Origin: Tubiluchus corallicola
Lineage: Eukaryota > Animalia > Priapulida
Assembly: GCA_030141605.1 (NCBI GenBank)
Contig: JAQGDQ010000925.1
Coordinates: forward strand, 15,907 to 79,906
Length of the DNA stretch: 64,000 bases
Reading direction: 5' to 3'
Within the stretch, counting starts at the first letter, position 1; the number at the start of each line of letters is the position of its first letter. Under the pieces are notes generated by a model. That model saw nothing but the letters and a program-made list of their open reading frames with translations. It was not told where the DNA came from and ran no database searches. The translations under genes and the position numbers were made by a program. Shown here one piece after another: positions 52,348-64,000 of the stretch.

Positions 52348-54219
52348 TTATTATTATTATTTATTATTTATTTATTGACCATGGTCAAAGATATATACAA
52401 AAAGTCATAAGAATCGTTTCGAGATAGTTGCAACATTTAAGAAATTTAGGCTGATCATAGTCCATAGATCACTCAATGTATGGTGTAGTAACAGTTAGAG
52501 ACCAAAAATGGCTAGAGCATCGTGTACAAAATTACAAATATCAGCGGGATTTCCGCTGAAAAAAGTCACTAAATCATCAAATATTAGATCGGAATTGTTT
52601 CTTAAGATACGTGTTTCAGGGCATTCACATATTACGTGCAGTTCTGTTTGGATTTGTCCACATGAACAGAGTCTTCGCTCTCTTTCAATACGGGACCAAC
52701 GACCGGTTTCTATGGCAAGGTTGTGTGAGGAAAGTCTGAGCCTTGACGTTTTTATCCGTTTCAGTTCATTAACATTGTCACAGTAAATTCGATGGATAGA
52801 GAGTTCAGGGTTTAGTTGTAAGTATGTGACAAATTTCGTACGGTCAGAAGCGCGGATCCTATCTTTGATTCTATTCAGGTCATCATCGATAAAATCACCA
52901 CGGTATCCAGTTATATTACGCAAATATCGAGCACATGGGGTGTTTGACTCGCGACACAAATTGTAAACAATCATAAACGGATCATCAGGAATATTCACTC
53001 TTGAGCGAACAATCTTATTGAAAAAGCGAGATTGGGTGTCCTTCACAAAACCATTCAGGGAGGGAAGGCCCAACTCTATGAGACACAAATCATTAGCAGT
53101 TGTACGTCGCACACCGAGTAAACATTTAATAACACTAATATACATCCCTTGAATAGGATTAAGGACATTGCATAGCCAAGACTCACATCCGTAAGTAATT
53201 GCAGCAAGTAGCGCGGCATTTAAAACTAACTTCTTAACTGCAAAAGGATAAGCTGAATTCTTAGAAATAAATGACACGAACTTCAGTACGTGACAATATT
53301 TGTCTTCGCAGTGTTTTTCCAGAGCGGGTTTAAATTTTCCTATTGAGCTAAAGACAGCACCGAGGTAAACGTAATAGTCACAGTGATTAACAGTAAGGGG
53401 GTTCACTACGAGGTCCAGACGATCAACAGCATCGCCATTAATAACCATAAATTTAGTCTTTTTTAAGTTCACCTTCATACCGGATTGATCACAGAACTCA
53501 ATAAGGATACTGAGTTTTTGAATAATACCTTCTCTAGATGTTGACAATAAGATTGTATCATCCATCAACATCAAACAGTGTAAATTTCCTAGGAAACCAT
53601 CGAGACCACATCTAGACTTTAATTCACGAATAAGAGGGTTAATATACAGTGTGAAGAGGAAACAGGATGACGGAGAACCCTGCTTCACACCTAATGTAAC
53701 ACCAATAACGGCAGCACCAAGGACCAGCTGCGTATTCACATACATGGCAGCAAGAGCAGAAAGCATCACAAGACCACAGCCAAGAGCTCTCAAGGCCCTA
53801 ATCAAACCAGAACGTGGAACTCTATCGTAAGCTTTCGAGAAGTCTACGAAAACGATATATAATTTCTTCTTTTTAAACAGTGCATAGTCCATTAATAGTC
53901 TTAGAGTCACAATCCACTCAATGCAGGATCTACCCTTTTGGGCGCCAGCCTGCTCCCTATCGGGTTTGAACCACATCTCTAAACGTTTGCACAAAATTCG
54001 ATCGTATATTTTCGCAAGGGAATCCATGATTGACAAACCGCGGTAATTATCGCAGTCCTTACGAGATCCTCTCTTAAAAATAGTAACAAGGCGGCTAAAG
54101 CACCACGGAATCGGGAAAGATCGCGAAAAGAATATGAAATTCAGAACAAAACACAGGTAATTAATCCAATTATCTGGGATAAAATTGAACACAGCACCAG
54201 GAATACCAGAGGGTCCACC
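52348..54219 (-). mobile_element. 5'-truncated non-LTR retrotransposon (LINE) with intact RT frame
   Basis: Open frame of at least 565 aa, 3' (TAA)n/(TAAA)n tail at ~52348-52377, and no endonuclease domain (truncated at GGPSGIP). Confidence 0.92.
52495..54192 (-). CDS. LINE reverse transcriptase (truncated ORF2)
   Basis: NYRGLS, FVDFSKAYDRV, GVKQGSPSS, LMDD, YLG, and C-terminal RLSSHNLAIETGRW..CSCGQIQTELHVICEC. Confidence 0.9.
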   Translation of the reverse strand: MFNFIPDNWINYLCFVLNFIFFSRSFPIPWCFSRLVTIFKRGSRKDCDNYRGLSIMDSLAKIYDRILCKRLEMWFKPDREQAGAQKGRSCIEWIVTLRLLMDYALFKKKKLYIVFVDFSKAYDRVPRSGLIRALRALGCGLVMLSALAAMYVNTQLVLGAAVIGVTLGVKQGSPSSCFLFTLYINPLIRELKSRCGLDGFLGNLHCLMLMDDTILLSTSREGIIQKLSILIEFCDQSGMKVNLKKTKFMVINGDAVDRLDLVVNPLTVNHCDYYVYLGAVFSSIGKFKPALEKHCEDKYCHVLKFVSFISKNSAYPFAVKKLVLNAALLAAITYGCESWLCNVLNPIQGMYISVIKCLLGVRRTTANDLCLIELGLPSLNGFVKDTQSRFFNKIVRSRVNIPDDPFMIVYNLCRESNTPCARYLRNITGYRGDFIDDDLNRIKDRIRASDRTKFVTYLQLNPELSIHRIYCDNVNELKRIKTSRLRLSSHNLAIETGRWSRIERERRLCSCGQIQTELHVICECPETRILRNNSDLIFDDLVTFFSGNPADICNFVHDALAIFGL

Positions 54220-54536
54220 ACTACTACTTGCAAAATCTCAAAACTGTGGATCACTTCATTTTATCAATTACATGTCTTGATTGGTGTGAAACTATGCTAC
54301 ACTCCACAAACAAACAAACATGTTAGTAGTAACAGAACTATCAATATTAGGGAGCTGCCACTTTGTTGCTGAATTCCACAAAACACAGTGCACTGTTGGT
54401 GTTGTACAAGCTCAAGTGCACTTCAGCAGTAAAGAGTGCACATACTCATCTTTGCTGTTTAACTTAGGCCCAATACGTTTAATGTGTAATGCTTCCAGTA
54501 TTGACAGATCATGGTAATTGTACATAATGTGTACAC

Positions 54537-55580
54537 AATGGTACATAAAACCGACAGACACAGGACCATCATTAAATTACAATGCGATAGCTCCAACTCG
54601 CTACAAGCAAGCAGTCATACATGGAGGGGTTCACTGACTTTACAGGATAGCCAGCAGTGAGAACATCTTTAAAGCTGACCTGGACAAATTTTCCAATCGT
54701 TCTCAAAATAATCAGTATCCTAAAAGTTTTATGAAACGGGAGTTTGACAAAGCAATATCTAGCCTGGCAACTTCAGATTTTTCCTAACAGTCAGAGCCTG
54801 TAGCAGATACAACTGAAACAACTCCACCTCCATTTTTGAAAATACCATATAGAGGCAGGATTAGTGATGGATTTAGACATCGTATCAAGCGGTTAGTACC
54901 AGATGCCCGCATTGTGATGACAACTGTGAAGTTGAGGTCTACACTACCTGCTCTGAAATCTGCTGTTCCAAAGTTCCAACAGTCTAATCTAGAGTACCAT
55001 GTTAAATGTGAATCATGCAATGATTCCTATGTCAGTCATGCAATACGACATCTTTCATTTAGATTAGATGAACATCACAGAACGACATAGAGATCTCATA
55101 GGTGCCAAAGTTGGCAGGCATTTGAAGTAAACAATGTCAAAATCTTAGCCAAAGGACACAAATAACTGTGATTTGTCAATACTGGAAGTGTTACACATTA
55201 AACGTATTGGACCTAAGTTAAACAGCAAAGATGAGTATGTGCACTCTTTACTGCTGAAGTGCACTTGAGCTTGTACAACACCAACAGTGCATTGTGTTTT
55301 GTGGAATTCAGCAACAAAATGGCAGCTCCCTAATGTTCTGTTACTATTAACATGTCGGTGGAGTGTAGCATAGTTTCATACCCATGAAGACATGTAATCC
55401 GCAAGGTAAATTGCTAAATTATCTGTAGAACAGTTTATCATATACCTTTTGGCTATCTAACTACTGAATTGCATTTCGATGTTGTTTCTAAATTCTGGTA
55501 AATTTCTTTGTTTTAGATGTCTTGACAATGAACAGTTTGTTCGCAACCGGTCGGCAATAAATTCAAATTTAGTGTAGTTA
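54537..55580 (+). mobile_element. Penelope-like element 3' part (RT thumb, GIY-YIG endonuclease, terminal repeat), degenerate
   Basis: YIKPTDTG..LNY..AP..YK..NQYP remnant, then LKIPYRG and SNLEYHVKCESCNDSYVSHAIRHLSFRLDEH (decayed GIY-YIG), then ILEVLHIKRIGPKLNSKDEY. Confidence 0.85.
55518..55556 (+). ncRNA. Decayed minimal hammerhead ribozyme motif in the Penelope terminal repeat (second copy 52190-52228, minus strand)
   Basis: The two-copy consensus is tgcc-TTGACAA-t-gaaca-gtt-tgttc-GAAA-ccgg-TC-ggca. Each individual copy carries core mutations. Confidence 0.55.
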
Positions 55581-57057
55581 CTTCTGTTTGCCAAATATGG
55601 ATAATTCAATAAAATTAATTACATCTCTTTAAAGGGCTTCCTTTAAAATGTTGCTAAATATGAATTATGTACTCTATACAACACGTTATACACAATAATA
55701 TAACAGGGAGAGAATCAACTGACGTCTAACATAATGTCAATCATTTTCCTTGACTGCCCAATAAGTGTTCAAATTATTTTGTACCCCTGCAGAGCTTAAT
55801 TAACGCAGGTACGTTCGGCACATTTAGCTACAGCTGCGTCTGATACTGTTGTGAAAAATGCTCAGCTTTTCATTAGGTAGCGGGATATAATATTGGCCTA
55901 GCTCTAGATTTTATTATTGCCAATTGAAATTGCTAGTGAATTAGTGAAAATATATAGTCTAGTTTCGTTTATAGGAAGAAATACACAACGTTTACGTCAA
56001 CGCGTTGCTGACTAAACCATTTTGCAATCAAGAAAATATGCAGTTTAATTTAGTTTATGGCTTTGCAAGTTAGATAAAAACAACTATTTGATTAACTTTT
56101 AACAAAATATTTTATTTTCTGGCCAGTTTTTATAAACCCCATCTTCACAGTCAAAATGAATTCAAATGTGGTCAAAACTTATATTATACATCAATGTAAT
56201 ACAAGCAAATTCTAGGCTATTTTTCTGGTTATGATCGTGGTTAAAAGATGCCATTGGGACTTACGTGACTCAGGCATTAAATATGAGGGTTGTCTATAGA
56301 ATGGAACAGTCAAATTTATTCCATTTCCGTAGCCTGACACACGGAAAAATACAAAAAAGAATAAATCTTGCAGACGAGCACATGATCAGTTAATATAGAA
56401 AAATACATCACAGGCTTGATGTTCGTATGTTTAATGGCAAGAGAGACTTAATATTTTTGTTGCTAATTTATTGTAAAGCAAAGCTAACTGGCCTAGTTTC
56501 TTGTCTCTGTATTTTGTAGTGCTTTGAAACTTCGTCTCTGCATTCTGTTTAAATTGGAAGTCATTTTTGGCTACTTAAAGAGCAATTTCGTGTAAAAATA
56601 GCTGTTGCTCTGCAAATTTGTGTTTATGAAAAAGTGCAATCAGTTTGTCTGTTGAATAGACATTAGCTTTGACTGTCATGTTGTTTATTCAGTTTAGTTT
56701 AGCTTAGCTTAGACAGTCCTGCGTGAGCTGTTGTCCCGAATGCCGCTCAGCGTGCTTACGTTACAGCGGGGGCGGAGTGATAGACCAATTGACGCCAATT
56801 AGTCCTATGGTAGTCTTTTCGCATGTTTTGAGTAAAGTTTCAGATGTAATGTCTTTTAGGTTGTCATGTTTGCTGTCAAACTATACAAGGAAATTGCATA
56901 GAAAGAATAAATAAGGATAAGAATAGGTATCAGTTACATACTGGCCAACGAAAACAAACTAGCTAACTAGTACCTCCTTCGACAATTAAATATTTCTCAT
57001 GTCTTGAACTCGATGTTTTCATTATCGTTACCAATATTATGCTAATTATCCTTTCAG

Positions 57058-58888
57058 GGAAGAAAACTTCATCAAGAACAAAAAGGTTTCTGAAGGACAA
57101 TTAGTAGATGAAGGTAACGAACAACGTGTCACACTAAGTACTGCGTTTGCTATAAAATCAGAAGAGAATTTTAACGTCGACTGCCACATTTTGTGTTGTG
57201 AACCTTCACTACCATCTGTAGTTCTAGCCGAGCCCATTTCTTCACCCAAAGAAGTTGTGCTACAAAAGTTAGGAAACGACGAAAGATCAGAAAATATTGT
57301 AAATGTAGAAGCAGTTGTAAGTGAGAATGTGCCTACTGACTCTGCAGAAAACTTGAATGTACCAGGGGGCACTAAACAGGCCCTTGAGACTTCTGTGAAT
57401 TTGTTAGATTTCTCACGTGCATCTATTGACGAACCAACCAAAGAGGTAACTGCTGAAGCAGATTTGATTATCAGTTCTGAGGAACCTGAAGAAGACTCTG
57501 ATTATCGTGTTCTTACTGATCTTAATGAAAATAAAATAAATTTTGAAGAAAACGCGGTTTCAGGTGATATACCAGTGAATCTCATCGACTGTGGTATTTC
57601 TTCATTATCACAACCTTCAGTTACTGTTGAATTTGCAGAAGATTCCGAAAAATACTTGTCCAATTTACGTGATGTAAATCAAGATAAACTTCTTGCTGAA
57701 CATTGCATTCGTCCTCTTGAAACATCAGTGAATTTGTTAGATTTTTCTCTGACTGCTCCAGATACTTCTGCAAACGTTGTTGCTGCAAATGACTTGAAAG
57801 CCTCCTCCAGGAAGTGTGAATGTGATATCGCATTAAAAGATTCTACTCCAAGTTTACTTGATGTTTCCTTATCTGGTTATCCCGAAGGAGAATCGTCGAA
57901 CACAAACTGTGTTGTAAGTGAAAATAAACTTGCAGAACAAGTGGGTGATCTTATACCAATTACTAATACACTATCACCTGCAGAACAAACAGAAGCAGGA
58001 CTTTGTGATACAGAATCTACAAAGCATATTACTGCAGAAACAGGCAGTGCCTTTTCTGAATCATTTACGACTGTTGTCGACGAAGATACTGTTCAGAAAA
58101 ACACTGCTGTCCAATTGGCTCATACAGCTACTAAACCTGTAAAAGCTTTAACTACTGATACTGTACTGTCTCCATTAGATGACGTAGCTTTTGACGAAGA
58201 TTTCGATGATAGTGATCCGGCTGACGTTACTGTTGTAGCTGCCAATTTTGAAAATCCTGTGCCTGAAGAAATTAGTTTATTAACAACTGCTAAAGCATCC
58301 CTAGGAGAGCCTGATTTGTCTGATATAGTAACTTCTAAATCGGAGCAAGTCGAGGAACAGTCTACAACTGAAGCAGAAGCTGTAACAGTATCATACATAA
58401 CGGTTGATGAACAAGTATGTTCTCGGTCTGAAAAGCCCGAAACTGTTACAGAAACTGTGGTGAAAATAGATGATAATGATATTACAAATGAGGCTGTGGT
58501 AGATTTATACAAAACTGAAAGTCATGTGAATAATAGTGATCCATTTAATCCTTTTGATGAAATTCCAATTAAAAAAGGGTCATACGTCATAAACTGGGAT
58601 GAGATAGACGAATTTACCAATCCGTTTGATGAGAAAGTAAGATCCGTTACTAAAGTTAATAAGCAACCAGAAGAAAAAGTTTCTGGTCAAAACTGTCGGA
58701 AAAATTTATTCGACGAACAAAACTCACCTCAAGAAAAAGAAGTTCATACGGACTGTGTTATTAAGGACGTGGAACTTATCATACCTGTCAACGGAGAAGA
58801 GATTACTGTGGAAAAATCTATTGATGGTATTGAGGAAACTACGGCAGTTGTGAAAGTTTCTGAAAATTGGGAAAATTCCATTAAGAAG
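57058..58888 (+). CDS. TACC: TACC large acidic, low-complexity exon
   Basis: Acceptor ctttcag. A 1.8-kb open frame rich in E/D/S/T containing KGSYVINWDEIDEFTNPF, similar to TACC GSY..D...DD.N..PF repeats. Donor AAG|GTAATG, phase 0. Confidence 0.85.
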
Positions 58889-60236
58889 GTAATGAAAATG
58901 AAAAGTTTTTTTTTTAAAATAAATGTAATTCCTGCCATTTATAACTTCCTGTTGAGTTTTTTATCCTTTCTTTTCTATGCTTTTCTATTCCTTTTCACAT
59001 TCTTTTTTCTGCATAACTTGAGGGTACTCAAGATGATCTATTGTGATGTAACTCGAGTGCTACTGTGAGATATGGTATGTATCCAAAAGAATTTTTAAAC
59101 GATATTCTTACCATTTTTACATTATGAAAAAAATGTCATATTTACGTTTGTTATTATTATCATTATTATAACATATTTCTGCTGATTATACTCATTGTTT
59201 GCTCATTCTTGATTTTGCTGATGTTGTAATTGGTTACAGGGTGTTTGATAACCTTGATTTGATTTTATTATTATTATTATTGTTATTATTATTGATTTTG
59301 TAATTAGATTTTGCATGAATTATGTTTTTTATATAGACTTTATTTCCTTTTTGGTTTGTTTTCCATTTTTTGCATGATTGCATGATATATATATATATAT
59401 ATCCTCTTACTTAGATTAAATAAATTTCATGAATATGCCTAATTTGTTATAACTAGCTGTAAATTGTTTGAAAATTAATTATTAACATTATTAACATTTT
59501 GGCTACTGAATAACAAACAGTTTTAGTAGCTAAAATAATGCTACTAAACCATCAGTTTCTATGAAAGGGTGGCTGATTCTTGGAAAAAAAGCGAATTGAA
59601 TCTAAATCTATCTGTCCTCCTCCCCTTCACTTCTTTTTTTTTTGTGATTTTCTTTTCAGTTTGAAATTCTAACATTATCCATTACCATAGACGCTTCCTC
59701 CTCCACATGTCGGCGTTTGCAGTTGTACTACTTGAAAATATAATAAATTAGTCATGCCTACAATTCGAACAGAACGTTACAAACGTTCAGCAATGCCTGT
59801 GCGTCGTTAGAACCACTAAACAGTAGTGAGGGACTTATTTCTAAATCAGAGTAAAAGATTTATTTTCACAATTGTTTTTAAACTGTTTCGCTGACCTTGT
59901 GGTATCATTTCTCCAAATTTTTTCTTGTAAGCAATGTCTCTTATGCATCTTTTCACTTTTTCTCATTTTTATTGAATTTACACCTTGTGTTCAGTTTTAC
60001 TGCTATGGTGTGATTTTCTAATGAAACCTATTATCATTTCTTTTATTTTTGTTTATCTATTAGTCCTTCCAGGCTTTTATCTTAACTTTGTTAAACATGT
60101 GAGGTTAGTTTTGTTCAAATGTGCACAATTAATCCAATCATTTAACATACCTTTTCACTGTGAGCTGTTATACAGTTTCTATAAAAAACTTTCTGGCAGA
60201 GATTTTCGTTTTAAACAATTGCATTTCTTATTCTAG

Positions 60237-60486
60237 AGGCCATTGCCAGAATCTCCTCTTAAACCTCTAAACGTTGACGAAATACCGCTAGTGGCGCCAT
60301 CTACGATGGCAGACGACGACATTCCTCTACCAAAAGGCACATACAACATCAACTGGGATGAAATCGATGAAAACACAAATCCTTTCGACACGCGAACCAA
60401 AGTTACCAGCAATACCCCACTCAAACCTATGAAAGAAATGAGTCCGTCTGCTGAACCAGTAGATAATAGTGTGCCTGCTGATAAAG
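60237..60486 (+). CDS. TACC: TACC exon
   Basis: Acceptor ttattctag, phase 0. Encodes PLPKGTYNINWDEIDENTNPF. Donor G|GTAAAA, phase 1. Confidence 0.85.
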
Positions 60487-61091
60487 GTAAAACATTCAAT
60501 CTAGTAGCGACTGCTCATTTACATTGATGACACTCAAATTAATAACATCTGATCGTTAATACTGATTATTTCATCACTTATTTCAGACAGCCTTATTTTG
60601 ACCAGTCTGTATGTTGTAAAATTGTAATATGAGATTGCTTACTTGATGATATAAAACTTAGTTTTCTCAAATATGAAGTTGTCGTTGAACTTTGAAAAAA
60701 TGTTTTCCAGACAGTAGTATATTCTAGTTGCACTGTTTAAAAGCGGAGGAAAGGGGATTTTAAAGTATATTTCAAAAAACTCCATACCAAGTTATATTAC
60801 TTATCATTGCGTTCGCTGTTTGAAAGACTTGCGTAATGGGAAAAGAGAATTCTTAATAATTTAAAATATTTGCCTCACCTGGTAAAACATCACTGCATCG
60901 CCATCCCAGTGTGCACCACTTGTTCATGAAAAAACATGTTATTGGTCTTATTGACAGGTTAAAGTAATTTATACATTTGGCTGTTAGTTAAGGGTGTGCT
61001 GTGAATGCTTTGAGAATAGTCTTAATAATTACTGATGAATAATTTCTTAGTTTTAAACTTTCATTAAAAGATAATTACTTTGTTCTTTCAG

Positions 61092-61164
61092 TTGCACCAG
61101 TGAATGAAGAGAGTCAGAAAGCTAGCGACAAGGGTACTAAAAAGCCTGCATCTAAGAAACCTGT
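61092..61164 (+). CDS. TACC: TACC small Lys-rich exon
   Basis: Acceptor ttctttcag, donor GT|GTAAGT. Phases 1 and 2 bridge the flanking exons exactly. Confidence 0.8.
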
Positions 61165-61832
61165 GTAAGTCTTCGGTGAAATATCAGAATATTTAGTAAA
61201 ATATTACAGGTGTGACATGAAGCTGTTGGCCATATATTTCAAATTTGTTTTAAACATAACCTAGTTTTGTTTTAACCATCTTGCGCTTGCATTTAAACTG
61301 TTAAGTGGCATTTACCAGATATTGTGAATGCGTTGTGCTTTATCCACCTGCAGAATATCTGAGCATAAGAAATCAATATGAAATAGCTGCAGAAAAAATA
61401 ATGCATAATGCAGGTTTGATAAACGGATGTATTGCAAACAACATAAACCGATTTTATCTACTCGGCATCCGCACAAAACATATGCATTTCGGATGTCTGG
61501 TAAATGCCACTTTATCCGATTTAAGAAAGGTGCGAAGATAATTTTTGATTTCAAACCATTAGCTTGCTGTTTTGTTATACATAGACATTTGCTGTTGTTA
61601 TAGTACCCACTTCATTGTAGTATGGTTTCTCATGTAGGAACTTTTTATTTTGCAAGTAATAAGTAACTTCTAAGTCCCCTGTGTTCTGATATGTTACCGG
61701 GTTGTATTACAAAGTGTTGGCATTAAAGATATTGAGTTCTTGACTGTTGAAGTCTACAGAAATGTGCAGAGATTATGAAACCTACAAAACACGTAGTGCT
61801 GTTTTACATTTTTGAAATCTGCTGTTTTTCAG

Positions 61833-62530
61833 GACAAAAAAGGGTGTAAATGGGGAAGCAACCGCAGAGGAGAAAAAACCGAAAGTTGTGCGATCGTCGA
61901 TCCGCGATCAAATCAAAGCTGCCCGTGCCGCTGGTGCACAGAAGAAAAACACCGATGCTATGGATGCTGTGGACGACATCGCTTTATTTGTCCCAACCAA
62001 CAATAACGACAAAAACGCCGAGTCATTAGAAAACACAGTGGGTTGTTCCGCCACTGATGTAAACAGTAATTCTCAGCCAAATGTGGATAACACGAACAAT
62101 TCTACTGACGCTAATGCAGAGAAAGTAGAAACAAACAATCGCCTCGTATCTGAAAGTGATGCGTTGGATACGAATCATATGCGAGACTCTGGCATTGGAG
62201 ATTCACCTAATGCCAATAAACATAACACCGCTAAAGCACCGAGTCTCGTGCCGGACGGTTCTACGGTGAAAACGGTTCAAAACGGCATGGTCGATGCAAC
62301 GAGTGGTGAAGAAAACCAACGGGTAACCGGGGATGGTAGTGCGCATTCGTTCGCAACTGCGCTGTCCAGCGGGGAAGAGGAGTTCTTCGACTCGGAATCG
62401 GGGACGACGATACCGCAGGCATTGTTGCCAAGCATAAACGGGATGACGGAGAGTGCAATGACGGCCACGAACGAGTTTCCGGCAGACGGGGTAGACTTCC
62501 CAGAGGAGGATTTCAAACCAGCCATTGAAG
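61833..62530 (+). CDS. TACC: TACC exon
   Basis: Acceptor gtttttcag, open acidic frame, donor G|GTATGC at phase 1. Confidence 0.85.
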
Positions 62531-63423
62531 GTATGCAGATATAGGGCTATCTCTCATTTGAAGCAATTTGGGTTAATATTTCACACACGCATGGCTAAAT
62601 TTTGCAAACCCTTATAAGCCTGATTTCAGCATTATTTTGCAAAGTAGAACGTCATTGAATTATGTTTATGCTAATATCGCTACATGCATTTGTTTTGGAT
62701 GTGCATAGCACACTTTCGCACATTTTTCGACAGTCTGAATGATTAATTAGTAATTACCTTTGTTATTTTACTTACATACATGTTTGTTTGAGTTAATATA
62801 GTTAATGATATATCGTTACCCTGGCTTCACAATATTTTTTTTATTTTAGGTTTTCCGGTAGAGATTTTCAGTGTTAGTGTTATATGACTGTTGCAGAAAA
62901 ACCTGAAAGTCATTTGAAGTCATAAGATAAAATCCCTATTTACTTTGGGGGATTTCGTGTGGTTAATAATAAATAATACAAATATTATTTCATATTACAC
63001 TTGAACAAGCTTTAATATATCGTATATACATGATCGAATTGCTGTGGGAAATGGGTACATTTGTATACGTTTGTCTTGCCAAGTTTCTTGACATAGTCTT
63101 CTAACTTTACATGCACTCCAAAACTATACTTCAGATGAAGTTTCTGTATAAATGAATTTCACTGTGAATAAATATGACACGAGGTCTACACCTTAGGTGA
63201 AAAGTAGCGACATACATAGATTTTTCGTTATTGTTTTTCTTTTTATCGCAGGTTTCATCATTAATGTTACACGCCTAATTCGAATACGTCCCTTTCACAT
63301 TTAAGGTCGTCTGCATGTATTCATGATGCCTTGTTTTCTTTTGTTTTGCAATTTTTTTTGTTTTAACTTTTGCATGTTTATGTGCTAATTTTGTTCCTTT
63401 TTGCTTTTGCATTGCATCTACAG

Positions 63424-63564
63424 TTATGAGTGCTCTTACCGATCCGAATGAGCTTGACTACTTGGAAAATGTTGGAGGAGGAATGGATGACTTCAAAGCA
63501 TCTGCTTTAGCTAGGCAATCCCTTTATAGAAAGTTTGACCCTCTGGTCGAAAATGCAAGTCCCG
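63424..63564 (+). CDS. TACC: TACC exon with Aurora-A site / clathrin-interaction motif; gene continues past the window
   Basis: Encodes ELDYLENVG..FKASALARQSLYRKFDPLVENASP, matching TACC3 FKESALRKQSLYLKFDPLL. Acceptor ctacag, donor G|GTTAGT. Confidence 0.9.
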
Positions 63565-64000
63565 GTTAGTACCCTGTTATTGTCTTTGCTGTTTAGTTCT
63601 CAGATGTGTTGTGTTATAATTTTGATGACTGTTCAAAGTTCAAAATTTATTCATTGAAAAGAATTGTTATATAAACATACCTATAAGCAAGTTCGACATG
63701 ATTCTACCCATAAATTTTAAAACTGCTAATTTGTCAATTTTAAATTTTATTTTCAAAAGTGAGCTGTGACGAGAATGCAGGAAAATTCTAGAATTTGCCA
63801 ATTTTGCTCTAGAGTCAATCTCATTTTTCCTAACTTATGAAATCCTTGTTTGGGGGCAACAAGTAAAAAAAGAAAGAACTGCCGTTCTTTGAGCAGTCCA
63901 AAAATCTCAAATGAGAGAGAAATTAAGCAGAATAGAAATTAATAAGAATTTGAATGTGAGACAGCTCTCCTGAGACTCGTCATCTTTAACAGAGAAAAAC

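Larger units (their letters stand above)
52167..54512 (-). repeat. Inverted copy of the Penelope 3' end, split by the LINE (52167-52350 and 54267-54512)
   Basis: The two pieces are reverse complements of ~55398-55580 and ~55168-55398 respectively. Confidence 0.85.

Noticed and set aside
58889-59068. Hydrophobic, transmembrane-looking tail of the 625-aa ORF
   Set aside because: It lies after the phase-compatible donor at 58888 and is T-rich intron read-through.

Overview
AT-rich, intron-containing animal genomic DNA, probably an invertebrate (inferred from a divergent RGM and from Penelope-, CRE- and CR1-type repeats). Three protein-coding genes are supported. (1) A 3-exon repulsive guidance molecule gene (RGM, + strand, ~2.5-13.9 kb). 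(2) The 5' part of a TACC (transforming acidic coiled-coil) gene (+ strand, from ~24.8 kb to beyond the window end), with 8 phase-consistent exons and two candidate alternative first exons. (3) A 618-aa secreted protein with an uninterrupted CDS, nested antisense in the ~24.8-kb second TACC intron. Its cysteine pattern and termini resemble clusterin, a family best known from vertebrates. It also carries an extra 6-Cys module, a Phe-rich 8-residue repeat and two furin-type sites, and is the most interesting item here. Introns and intergenic DNA hold a young 5'-truncated LINE inserted into the inverted repeat of a Penelope-like element that retains decayed hammerhead-ribozyme motifs, plus CR1 and CRE fragments, MITE-like elements and microsatellites. 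All family assignments come from reading motifs by eye; no database search was run.
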